From Octopus sinensis (Eukaryota), in the NCBI RefSeq assembly GCF_006345805.1, contig NC_042997.1:89590001-89654000 (forward strand): a stretch of DNA of 64,000 bases, read 5' to 3'. Made by a program: the position numbers and the translations under genes. The notes under the pieces are model-generated. The model saw nothing but the letters and a program-made list of their open reading frames with translations, was not told the origin of the DNA and ran no database searches. Shown here piece by piece: positions 27,354 through 39,113 of this stretch; the stretch's first letter is position 1; each line of letters begins with the position of its first letter.

Positions 27354-27464
27354 CTTCAATGATGGAGGCAAATTCTTTGGTGAAATGTTTGCAATATAGT
27401 TCACATTAAGATTGAATTCTTCTAGGCTACTGAATTTCAAAACACCTGAATCAATTTCTTGAAT
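27354..27464 (-). CDS. LRRC43: LRRC43-like coding exon 4 (IQEIDSGVLKFSSLEEFNLNVNYIANISPKNLPPSLK)
   Basis: Acceptor tttcag|, donor AAG|GTATTT, 111 nt, phase 0/0. LxxLxLxxN repeat; aligns to recalled LRRC43 [30 protein letters not shown]. Confidence 0.9.
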
Positions 27465-28119
27465 CTGAAATTTAAATATATACACACATATATAAGACTG
27501 ATTGTAAAAACCAATGATTGAAGATATCATATATAGGTGCAGGTGTGGGTGTGAGGTAAGAAGTTTGTTTTTCAACCAGATAGTTCTGGGTTCAATCCCA
27601 CTGTATGGCACATTGGGAAAACGTCTTCTACTATAGTCTCAGGTTGATCAAAGCCTTGTGAGTGGATTTGGTAGGTGGAAACTAAAAAAAGCCTATAGTA
27701 TGTGTGTGTGTGTGTGTGCGTGTGTCCTTCCTTACCACTTGGCACCGTTGTTGATGTGTCTGTGTCCCTGTAACTTAGCAGTTCAGCAAAAAACAGAAAA
27801 CAGAGTACATATCAGGCTTTAAAAATATTAGTACTGGGATCAATTCATTCAACTAAAATTCTTCAATGCCCCAGCTTGGTTACAGTCCAATGACTGAAAC
27901 AAATAAAAGATAACAATTATATAATACACACACACAAATGTAAGATCCAAGGGTCGAGGTGTAGGAAGAAAGTTAGCTTCAAGCAATCTGCAGTGAATAT
28001 TAGAAAAAAACAGCTTTTAGAAACAATAGTGGTTTATTGAGATGGAAGGTTGTGATTTTTTTTTCTTTATTGAAGAATGACAAGCTGAAAAAAAGTTTTT
28101 TTTATATTCCACAGTAGGT

Positions 28120-28366
28120 GACCAGGGTCGTCAAGTGTGTAAAGAAGAATACAAGAATTATGGAATGGAGTCTGGAAAATCCAGGCTACATGTTTCAATG
28201 CAAGTGGAACCTCAGAAGTGGTAAAATCCAAGTGAGTTGTACACTGCTGGCTACTCTTCGGGCCAAGGATATCTTGATTAGATTAAAGGCTACATTGTCA
28301 CAAGGAGGTACATGTTGATGCAAAATGGATTCAATCAGAATGTGTGGAGGACCCAGTATGTGAGGA

Positions 28367-28450
<84 letters not shown>

Positions 28451-31400
28451 TTACTTCTACTGCCACTCCTCTCAAGCACCTCCTCATTACTAATGGGCAT
28501 TTTCCAGTTTATCCCCCAAATTTTTCTCAGACAGTATTGATGAAATCATTCCACTTGCCTTATCTGCCTACAGTAAACAACCCATGCCTCACTTCTATAT
28601 AGCAAAGATGGGAGGATGTATGTGTTATATACCGTAACTTTAATTTGTGAAGATATATTATTTTGCTTCCACAGACGCCTAACATGTTTACCAAAAGCAC
28701 TACTAGCCCTGCTGATTCTGTATGAAATTTCATCATCAACACCAGCAGTACTCCAGGTACTTCCTAAATAAATAAATCTAGGTACAGTCTCCAACCTTTG
28801 ACCATTCAATGTTATAAAAGGTTCTACATACATCTTGAAGGGAGCGGGCTGGTACATTATAAAAGTTTTTTTTAGACTGATTGTTAGACCCAATGCTGCA
28901 CATGCTGCAGAAATCGCATTCACCATGTGCTGCATATATGTTTATGAGAATGTGCCAACAGATCATAATCATCTGCATACAGAAACTCAACAAGGTGAGA
29001 ATGCAGAACTTTTGCTTTGGCACAGAGTCTTTTGAGATTGAACAGTTTCCTGTTGTCCTATATCTCATAGAGATCCCTTCAGGGCAATCTTTAAAAGCTA
29101 TTTGCATAATATATAGCAAACAGTGTAGGAGCAGGAATATCATCTTGCTTTACATCATTTTCTACAGAAATTGGATCTGATAAGGTACCTCCAACATTAA
29201 CTCTCACTTCCATCTTGTCATGAAATTGTCTAAGCATTCTCACAAATTTTTCAGGGCATCGTAGCTTTTTTAGGATCTCCCAAGGTGAAATTCTATTGTT
29301 AGGTCAATGAAAACCTGGTATAAGTCCATATCCTGTTCGATGCACTTCTCTTGCAACTTGTCTCTCCAAAAATATCATATCCATAGTACTCCTACTATCC
29401 ATAAACCAACATTGCAATTCTGGTAGAACCTCATCAGCAATGTGCAGAAGCAATCTATCCAGCATTACCCAACAGAGGACCTTTCCAGCAACAGCTAACA
29501 GACAGATGCCACAATAATTATCACAGACATCCTTTCCACCTTTAGATTTATATAGTATCTCCATAGTTGCATCATGCCAATCCGGAGGAAGCTTTTTCAC
29601 TTTGCCAAACCCTCTGAATCACATCCATCAACATTGCACAAAGATGATCACCAGCATATTTATATATCTCTGCACCTAGTCCATCCATACCAGGGGCCTT
29701 TCCATTGTTCAATTTTCTGATTGCTGCTTTTATTTCAGCCAGGTTTGGAACTTCTGCTATAAGATGTTTTATTGGTCTCTTGGGTATATTATCAAGAAAA
29801 GAGAGATCAACTTCAGTGGGTCTATTGAGCAACTCATCAAAATGTTCTTTCCATCTCCCAACAATATCTTTAGGGTTTGCTAATAATTCTGTGCCATTCT
29901 TGCTCCAAAGTGGCACAACCTTTGATGAAACTGGTTCATAAACTTTTTCTAAGAGAGAGTAAAAAAGTTTGGAATTGTTAGCATTTGAAGCTTCTTGGAC
30001 TTCATCACATCTATCACTCCACCAATTTTCCTGCATTGTCCGTAGCTTATTCTGCACTGTTGCTTTTACTGCCTTGAAATATGTAGCCACTGTCCTGTTC
30101 GTTGACATGTCAACATTTTGCAAAATGTTAAATGCCTTTCGCTTCTCCTCTAAAATATGATTAACTTGTTCAACATTATTGTCAAACCAATCTTGGTGTT
30201 TTTTTACAACAAAGCCAAGAATATTACTACAAATTTTATACCTCTTTCTTTGAATGACTTCCAGTTTCCATCACAGGACAAATTATTTATCTCACTCACA
30301 AACTCACTGCATACTGATGGAATCTTAAGTTTATTGACATCAATCCATTTCGGTAATTTGTCATTATTTGCTCTAACCTTAGGCTTGACAACAAAATTCA
30401 CCTTGGCACGCAAAAGCCTATGATCAGTCCAGCACTCTGCACCACACATCACTCGTACAATAGCAAAGTCCATAGCATTTCATTACCTGATGATGATGTA
30501 ATCTATAAGATACCATTTCTTAGAACCAGGGTGCATCCATGTCGTTTTATACTTATTCTTTAGTTGAAACATTGTATTCATGACACACAAATCCATCTCT
30601 ACGCTTATTTATCACAGTAGCAAACCATTACTGTTGGAACTCCCAACAACATGCTTTCCTAAGACACCCCAAGTCTCCCAATCTGCACCAACACGAGCAT
30701 TAAAATCACCCAAAATGACAACTTTGTCATCATGGGAGATATTGCGTATAATCTCTGTAGAAGGCAAGTTAATCATCCTCTGATGAATTCATAGTTGGAG
30801 CATATGCACTTATGAGTGTTACATAGAGAACTTTTCTTAATGGTAGCCTTAAAGACATCAATCAATCGGAATGACCATATGGTAGTTCCTCAAATTTTGA
30901 AGCCAGAGTGGTTTTGATAGCAAATCCAACTCCTGATTCTTTCTTATAGATCTCCTCTCTACAGCACCAAAATAAATGATACCCAGCAGATTTCTCTACG
31001 AAATTTCCCTTTCCATGAATTCTTGTTTCAGCTAACGCTACAACATCCATATCATATTGCTGTAACTCTTTTGCAACAAGCACGGATCTTCTCTCTGGAC
31101 GAGATTTCAGACAATCATTGTCTAATAACGTTCGAACATTCCAACATCCTATATTCATAGGCTTGCATCTTAACTTGAATTTACTCACAGTTGCAGGATG
31201 ACGACTGGATCCAGGATGAGGTGCCCTGGGACACCTGCCAGGCCAGACCACAGAACAAAATGTTCCAGAGCATTTTTTGCCATTTGTTTCATTATCAATA
31301 TGAACTTTCATTGTTTAGATGTGCTTTTTTAAGCTTTGGCCAGCCATATACACATAAAATGTTCATTTCATTTTCCTTTACAGCAATACCTGTGCTTAAC

Positions 31401-31500
31401 ACTTTTAAAGTGAGAAAAAGTTTTGCACAGCAACCATTCCCACCCTCTAAACTACAACAGAAGAGTGCATTTGCAGTCATTTTACATCAGAGTGTCCTCA
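28120..31500 (-). mobile_element. Near full-length decayed RTE-clade LINE (APE endonuclease + RT) of a second family
   Basis: APE motifs IGCWNVRTL, VVALAETR, SGVGFAIK (30862..31311). RT segments 29304..30473 (GKAPGMDG, STMDMIF) and 28546..28935 (YLGS, FGK...W). C-terminus interrupted by (CA)n at ~28370-28445. Confidence 0.9.
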
Positions 31501-31910
31501 TCCCAGTCTTTGTCCAACCAAAGGCTAACTACAAGACAGCAGTGAAGTATTTAAATTCAGAGACTGCCTTCACCATGGCTTGGGTAAACAGGGGAGCTCT
31601 ATCCACCTCTCATCTATTTATTAAAAAAAAAAACTAAAATAAGAGAAATAAATAAAAATTAAATATTGAGATAAAACTGAGTAAAATTAAAAATAAGATT
31701 GACATACAATGTATACAATTTAAAAACAAAATTTACAATATGTACACACACATGCTGAAATACAATATATACAATACACACACATGCAGAGTTTAAAATG
31801 CAATATATACTATACAGACAAACACAAACACTCCACAAACACATGTAGTTGAATGGCCGTTGACTATGTTGTAGTTCCTCTGCCCTCTTCTGTAGTTCAG
31901 AAATTGACCT

Positions 31911-32195
31911 ATGACAAACAATGATGTGGCTATTAAAATTCACAACAGAATGTGTGTAAAATGTGGAAGGGTGTGCCTCTCAGTTGAAGGTCTAAAAAGA
32001 CATGTTAAGAGAGAGCATATGGTGGCACCTGTTTCTCCTGCCAGCCAGTACAGTTGTCTAGTATATAATAAAATGTGTAAAAGCTTGGCCAGGCTTAAAA
32101 GTCATATAAGGGCATCACATGGCAACAATCATGAATCATTTCAGTTAAGTCTTCTTGGTAATGGCTTTTCCCTTGTAATGAGGATGCAGCTGTGA
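31911..32195 (+). mobile_element. LINE 3' end encoding tandem C2H2-like fingers
   Basis: CVKCGRVCLSVEGLKRHVKREH and CKSLARLKSHIRASH; nucleotide similarity to 49440-49680. Confidence 0.6.
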
Positions 32196-32614
32196 TGTGT
32201 GTGTGTGTGTGCGTGTGTGCATGCGTGTGTGTGTGTGTGTATGTATGTGTGTAGGTGAGGGATGGATGTGTGGTAAGAAGTCCCACTGAGTGGCACTTTG
32301 GGCAAGTGTCATCATAGCCTCAGGCCAATCAAAGCTGTGTGAGTGGATTTATTAGACAGAAACAAGGCAAGCAATTTCAAGGGAGTGGATAAGTCAATTC
32401 ATTGATCCCAGGGTTCATCTGCTACTTATTTTATCGATCCTGAAACCATGAAAGGCAAAGTCGACCTCAGTGGAATTTGAACTCAGAATGTAAAGACATG
32501 AAATGCCACTAAGTTCTTTGCCTGGTGTGCTAATGATTCTGCCAGTTCGCTGCCTTCTGTTGATTAAATATTAACAAGAAATTATAATTAATTACAGAAA
32601 AAAATAAAACTCAC

Positions 32615-32808
32615 TGAAGAATTCCTGAGAGTAAGTGTTTTGAAGAAATTAAAAACAAATTTATCATTGATCCATTGTGGATTAGTGATGGCAATTTCTC
32701 TCAAATTCAGGGCTTCACTACTCCAGCTACAGTCAGTATTCCATGGAGAATTTTCTGAATGAACATATTCCAGCAGAGTGTCAACATGCTTGTCCAAAGG
32801 AGTTTTAT
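32615..32808 (-). CDS. LRRC43: LRRC43-like coding exon 3 (DKTPLDKHVDTLLEYVHSENSPW...LREIAITNPQWINDKFVFNFFKTLTLRNSS)
   Basis: Acceptor tctctttctcag|, donor TCA|GTGAGT, 194 nt (2+64 codons). Motifs SPW and LRE(I/L)AI.NP match recalled LRRC43 sequence. Confidence 0.88.
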
Positions 32809-33022
32809 CTGAGAAAGAGAGACAAAATGACAAGTAATGTCTTATTAAAAAATAACATGCTGAAGCATTCCTGACTTTAAGGTATCGTAAAAGGCCTGGT
32901 TGGGGTTTTATAGGGCTTAGAAAAACTGAAGCACTACTGCAATAAGTGTGTGAATCTGAGAGGGGAATATGTTGAATAAAACCATAATTAGCTGATCCTC
33001 CTGTGTTTTCTTTTACCCAAAG

Positions 33023-33340
33023 CTAGGAACTTTTCAGCACTCCCTTATTTACAAAATAGCTATCTGTCCATTTATCTTCCCTGCTCAGTATTCCTGGGAA
33101 AGTTGAGGGAATAAAGTCCTCAAGCACATCTTCCACAGGGCCCCTCTCTGAAGAAACCGTCATTTGACTTTCTATCTGGATTTTCAAGCATGGCCAACTG
33201 AGAATATGGATATAATCCAACCATTTAGTTCTTGGTCTAGATCTTCGACTGGTTGATTTGGCTTGAAGAAGCCATCCTGTAATTCTTTCCTGTGACATTC
33301 TAATCACCTCTACAGTACCAGAATTATGACCCCTCAATGT
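33023..33340 (-). mobile_element. RTE-like LINE C-terminal fragment
   Basis: GHNSG...MSQERIT.WLLQAK.TSRRSRPRTKWLDYI, cf. the RTE GRPR..W.D motif. Confidence 0.55.
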
Positions 33341-34020
33341 GGAGAAATAGTGGTTTGACCTGGAGAGACTTCTTGATCTCTGAGCTATGCACCCTGTTGA
33401 GTATTGTTACTCTAGAGATCATCTGGAGGAAACCCATATCAACTGCTTGTATTCGTGATTGTACTCTTTTGAGTATTCCCTGACAATCAGGGTTAAATAG
33501 CTAAATTTAGCGAGTTCTTATCTATTGCATTGTAGAGGCTGAACATTTAAATTTAGTTAAGTGTTTGCTATCATACTTGATGTGTTTGAGTTGAAGAGTA
33601 ATTAATTGAACTTATAACTATAACTATTGTCTAGCTGTGGAAAATCCATGGGTGGTAAAGATTCAGTTTTATAGTTAATTACTTGTAGCAAAGTGTTGAA
33701 AGGGGTTAACTGAATAAAATACACATGTCCCTCTTTATCATTTAATAAATAAAATATTCATACAAATATACACACTCTCGAAAGTAAAATATAGTTTAAG
33801 TTTTCCTATTATATAACATCATAAGTTATATAGTCTTTAGCAAATATTAACATGTTATACAGTAATTAAGCAGATGATTACATAACAACATTGAAACACC
33901 AGAACTTCAGAAGAAAATAGTAATTCAATCCATTATCATTTCTGAACACCAGTTGGCTGACAGTGCAATACAGAAATATATATATTTCTTAAAAATTTCA
34001 ATTCATTTTCTTTTTCAATT

Positions 34021-34870
34021 CATACAAAGTTTTTTAGGACGAATATAAGATCTAAAGTATATCCAAGTAGCAGAAAGATCGCCCAAAAGTGTATATAGAT
34101 ATTTAAATGTATTTATATATTCATCTATACACAGATGTATGTATAATGTGTGGGTATATATTTCCATAGAGGTAACCTTTCACTCCATACAAAGTTATTT
34201 AGGACGAATATAGGATCTAAAGTATATCCAAGTAGCAGAAAGATCACCCAAAAGTGTATATAGATATTTAAATGTATTTATATATTCATCTATACACAGA
34301 TGTATGTATAATGTGTGGGTATATATTTCCATAGAGGTAACCTTTCACTCCATACAAAGTTATTTAGGACGAATATAGGATCTAAAGTATATCCAAGTAG
34401 CAGAAAGATCGCCCAAAAGTGTATATAGATATTTAAATGTATTTATATATTCATCTATACACAGATGTATGTATAATGTGTGTGTATATATTTCCATTGA
34501 CAAAACCATTCACTCCGCACAAAGTTTTTTAGGACGAAAATAAGATCTAAAGTTATCTCTAAGTAGCAGAAAGATCGCCCAAAAGAGTATATAGATATAT
34601 AAATGTATTTATATATTCATCTATGTACACATGTATGTATAACGTGTGTGTATATATTTCCATAGAGGTAACCATTCACTCCATACAAAGTTTTTTAGGA
34701 CGAAAATAAGATCTAAAGTTATCTCTAAGAAACAGAAAGATCGCCAAAAGTGTATATAGATATTTAAATGTATTTATATATTCATCTATACACACATGTA
34801 TGTATAATGTGCATGTATATATTTCCATAGAGGTAACCATTCAATCCATACAAAGTTTTTTAGGACGAAA
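34021..34870. repeat. 165-bp tandem satellite, ~5.2 copies
   Basis: Unit marker c(a/g)(t/c)acaaagt at 34021, 34186, 34351, 34516, 34682 and 34847. Confidence 0.95.
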
Positions 34871-34871
34871 A

Positions 34872-35718
34872 TCTTTATATATAAAAGAAAGGTTGTGTGT
34901 CTGTCTACTCCGATTTAGATTCCTAACTACTCCCACATTTTGCGATGCAGTTTAACCAAAACCGGGTATCTTATAGTCGTGATTCATATCGAGCCCTTCT
35001 GGGTATTAGCGCGCGTCTACGATGTGTCTACGATTTTACAAATAATTTACCATAATTTTTTTCCATTTTAATGCATATTTTTTTAAATAAAGGGAAGTAA
35101 CTCTCAAACTTCACACCAATATGCGTGCTCATATGCGACATAATATCACATCAGCAGCATTTCCTCACACCCTCCTTGCACTTGGCGAAGGCAAAATACC
35201 AGGGGATGAAAATGGTAATATTGCCATCGATTCTATTTGTACCATTGTTAAGACGCCTTCTGATCTCAGAGATGCAGTGTTCCCAGATCTACAAGCTAAT
35301 TATCAGAATATGGATTGGATTGGCAAAAAGGCTATACTGGCCCCGACGAATAAAACTGTTCACCATATTAATGATGAAATGCTAAAACTCATTCCTGGGG
35401 AAGTCTATGTATATCAGTCTATCGATACAACTCCTGACCCAGAGGACGTCATCAACTATCCAATAGAGGTACTCAATTCCTTTGAGCACCCCGGACTACT
35501 ACCACACTTTCTCAAACTTAAAGTTGGTGCCCCTATAATGCTCATCAGAAATTTGGTTCCCCCAAAACAATGCAATGGCACACGTTTGATTGTTAAGTCC
35601 TTATCTCCCAGTGTAAACTTATATCAATATTTGCCTGAATAATCATCATAATTCAGTGCAATCATTAACAGTACTTTCAAGCAATTCAGCCCCGAGCAAC
35701 GCCGGGCAATTCTGCTAG
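34872..35718 (+). mobile_element. Helitron (family A) deletion derivative carrying a Pif1 helicase segment
   Basis: A|TC 5' end, hairpin cccgagcaacgccggg + CTAG|T 3' end. ORF 35121..35642 encodes LLALGEG...AILAPTN...IN...L.LKVGAPIMLIRNL...CNGTRLIV (Pif1 family). Confidence 0.92.
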
Positions 35719-35727
35719 TATATATCA

Positions 35728-36869
35728 TCTCTTATTATAAAAGGGAGATTTTATCTGCCTCCCTTTGTCTCTTATAGAAATCTACAATATAGGATTTCTT
35801 CAATTACAATTTACCTAGCATTTTTAAGAGTAGAATACATCGGGTCGTGCCAGGTCCGGTTTTTCAAATTTCAACCCCAATTAAGCAAAATTTAGAGAAA
35901 ACTCACATTGTGGTGTGTAAGTGAAGTGCTTTTCTTAGTGTGGGCTACAGCACACACACACAAACGGAGCAAATTGCTTCACTGATGCTATCACCCTAAT
36001 TTCTCCCACTTTCTCTTTGCAAGTGTACCTTAAACCACTACTCAAAAAAAAAAACAACACAGCAAACAGAAACAAATAAATACATAACGATTTACTCCTC
36101 ACACAATTTCTTCAATTAGAGTTTACCTATGATTTTTCAAAGTACTTCCATTCGGTCATGGCATACAAAATTTCTTTCAATTTCACCCCCATTTCAGAAA
36201 AAATTTGAGAAAACTAAATATTTTACCATTTCACTCTTTCACTCTGCATTCCCACTTCCTCTTTACACACATAGACACGCAAATATATAAATAAAATTGT
36301 AAGCTAACGTGTGTGTGTGTGTGCGTGTGTGTGAGTGTGGTGTGTGTGTGCGTGTGTGTGAGGGTGCGTGTGTGTGTGTGTGTGTGTACGTGTGTGACAC
36401 GCGAACTTCAAAAGAACTTCGCGCGCTATCTATCTGGTTTGCCATTCCTCACACACACGCATACACATACATATATGACAGTGACAAACACAAACGTTTC
36501 AAACAACTACATACAAACACTCAAACACACACACACGTGTGTGTTTGTTATTAGTAAAAAAGGCGCCAAACACAACTCACTTCTCATTCGAACACATTTG
36601 CAAAAACACACCGACGGTCGGATTGCCATAACAATACAGAAAAGGTAAATTGGTTTTTAATTTACTTTCTGTCGTTAAATTTTGGTAGTATTAATTGGCG
36701 AGCGTACTTCTGTTGTCAATTGTTGACAGAAAGAAATTGTAAGCTAATAAGGTGTGTGTAGGAAGTGAAGGATAAAAATATTGCAAGAAGTGGACAGATG
36801 TACATATATACATCCATACATACATGTGTGTGTGTGTGTCTATGTATGTGTATTAATGTGTGTGTGTTA
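35728..36869 (+). mobile_element. Helitron-like element (family B), 3' end unresolved
   Basis: A|TCTCTTATTATAAAAGGGAGATTTTATCTGCC start; the first ~300 bp are shared with 36870 and 10835. Confidence 0.6.
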
Positions 36870-37200
36870 TCTCTTATTATAAAAGGCAGATTTTATCTGC
36901 CTCCCTTTGTATCTTATAGAAATCTACAATATAGGATTTCTTCAATTACAATTTACCTAGCATTTTTAAGAGTAGAATGAATCGGGTCGTGCCAGGTCCA
37001 GTTTTTAAAATTTCAACCCCAATTAAGCAAAATTTAGAGAAAACTCACATTGTGGTGTATATGTCAAATGTTTTTCTTAGTGTGGGCTACAGCACACGCA
37101 AACGCACACACACACAAATGGAGCGAACTGTTTCACTGACGCTATCACCCTTCTCCTCCTTTCTCTTTGCAAGTTTGCAACTATTAAAGTGAAAACAGTG
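36870..37200 (+). mobile_element. Helitron-like element (family B), second copy
   Basis: Same 5' sequence as 35728. Confidence 0.6.
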
Positions 37201-37299
37201 AATCCGACAGCGATTAAGAAAATGAATTGGTACCTGAATGGAGTGAAAATTTAAAAACTGTTTCTTTCGGTGATTTTTCTGAAGAAACTGGACCAAGCC

Positions 37300-37850
37300 A
37301 CAGACTTTCCCAGAGGAGTAAAGCCTTAGACTATTTCTTTTTACTTTTTCGAATGAGCCTATTTGAAATCATTACGGCGGAAACGAACTGTTACGCTAAA
37401 ATGTAAACAAAACGAAAGAAAGGATAGTTTGTTATTTCCCACAACCTTAAATGAAGTTAAGGCCTATTTTGCCATAAATATTATTATGGGTATCAGAAAG
37501 TTACCCAGAATAACAAATTCTATCGTAAAATTTTGTTGTATACCCAATTGAATATTAGCTAATAACCCATTTTCTATAGTGATGCTTGAACAAAATTTTA
37601 ATAATTTTATATATTGTTGAATTTACCTGTATCTACCTGCAATTAGAGTCACTTTGTGACAAAAATTATAGTATAGATTTGGTTGAGAACATTTCTTTAA
37701 ATTATCTTCCAAAAATCACATTAATATATTGATAAATAAAAAAGTTATTGTTGTTTAATGAAACCAGACTAAATTTATGATTACGTTAGAAATTAATTGA
37801 AACACATAAGGGGTGTATTTTGGTCAGAAATATAGTAACGAAAGGGTTAA
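37300..37850 (+). mobile_element. piggyBac transposase fragment with right end
   Basis: LDYFFLLF...FEIITAETNCYA and PTTLNEVKAYFAINIIMGIRKLPRI resemble PGBD N-terminal motifs (ETNRYA; MG..KLP); terminal cgaaaggg|ttaa at 37850. Confidence 0.65.
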
Positions 37851-37955
37851 GAAAAACCAAAAAATATTTTCTTTATAAATGTTGTGTTCAAAATAAAATT
37901 TTCTTTTAAGAACGTGTATATAACAAAGTATGTGTATATAACTACGTGACTTATA

Positions 37956-38353
37956 TCTTTATATATAAAACTGAAGTTGTGTGTCTGTCTCCTACGATTT
38001 AGATTCATAACTACTCCCACATTTTGCGGTGCAGTGTAACCAAAACCGGGTATCTTATAGTCGTGAGTCATATCGAGCCCTTCTGGGTATTAGCGCACAT
38101 CTACGATGAGTCTACGATTTTAAAAAAATTTACCATCGTATTTTTCCATTTTAATGCATTTTTTTCGCTATTATATAAGGGAAGTAACTCTCTAAAAATA
38201 TCTACGATGTGTCAACGATTTAAAAAAAAATTTACCTTAATTTTTTTTCCATTTTTAATGCATTTTTTTCCTATTTTTTGGCTATAACTCTCTAAAAATG
38301 CTTATATAGTTATTTCCCTTACAAACCCGAGCAACGCCGGGCGATACTGCTAG
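37956..38353 (+). mobile_element. Non-autonomous Helitron (family A)
   Basis: A|TC start, hairpin + CTAG end; homologous to 9001-9640. Confidence 0.88.
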
Positions 38354-38711
38354 TCTCTATATAAAGCTGAAGTTGTCTGTGTGCGCCACGTTTGGTAACC
38401 TTCAACTAACACTATCTCCTCCAAGACCCTGCGGCGCAAGTTGACCAAAATTGAGAGTATGATAGAAGAAGGGTTGCTCTTCCTTCTGTAGAACATAAAA
38501 TTCAAATCGGACCATGTTAACACAAAAAATTATTTACATCAAAAAGCTGCTTTTTTCTATGAAAATCCCTATTTTTTACGATTTTTTCACTGCTGTGTCG
38601 CCACTTTTCGGTATATTTCGACCAGAAAAATATTCACAAAATCTTTACTTTTCAAAATTACAATTCCAGCGGGTCGAAACAAACCCGAGCAACGCCGGGC
38701 GATACTGCTAG
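38354..38711 (+). mobile_element. Non-autonomous Helitron (family C)
   Basis: TC start directly after the preceding CTAG; ends with the identical hairpin aaacccgagcaacgccgggcgatactgCTAG. Confidence 0.85.
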
Positions 38712-39071
38712 TATATATATAAACAGTAAAATGTCTGCATGTGTGTCCTTTATACAAATCCACATTTTTTCAGTTAGAGAGCTCGCACTTTCTATGGTCA
38801 TTCAAAACCATCCAAGGGTGGTCGTGCACATCTTTACATTTCCCCAGTCACCCCGCAAAGCCATTAAAAAATCAATAGAAGTGACTTTTTTGTGAATTTT
38901 CTATCCAAAACCTAATCAAAATGCCCGAAACTTGATATGCCAATTGAATGCCAGCTAGCTGTATGTGATTGGTTGGAGATTTGGACAGTACTCGCATATA
39001 TGTGCGCACGCATGCAGCTGTATATGCATGCACTAGCACTATGACCCAGCAACGCCGGGTCATAGTGCTAG
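38712..39071 (+). mobile_element. Non-autonomous Helitron-like element (family D)
   Basis: Starts right after the preceding CTAG (5' TC not intact); ends cccagcaacgccgggtcatagtgCTAG|T. Confidence 0.65.
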
Positions 39072-39077
39072 TATATA

Positions 39078-39113
<36 letters not shown>

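Noticed and set aside
34021-34870. Possible CRISPR-like array
   Set aside because: Whole 165-bp units repeat with no unique spacers, no cas genes are present, and the context is eukaryotic.
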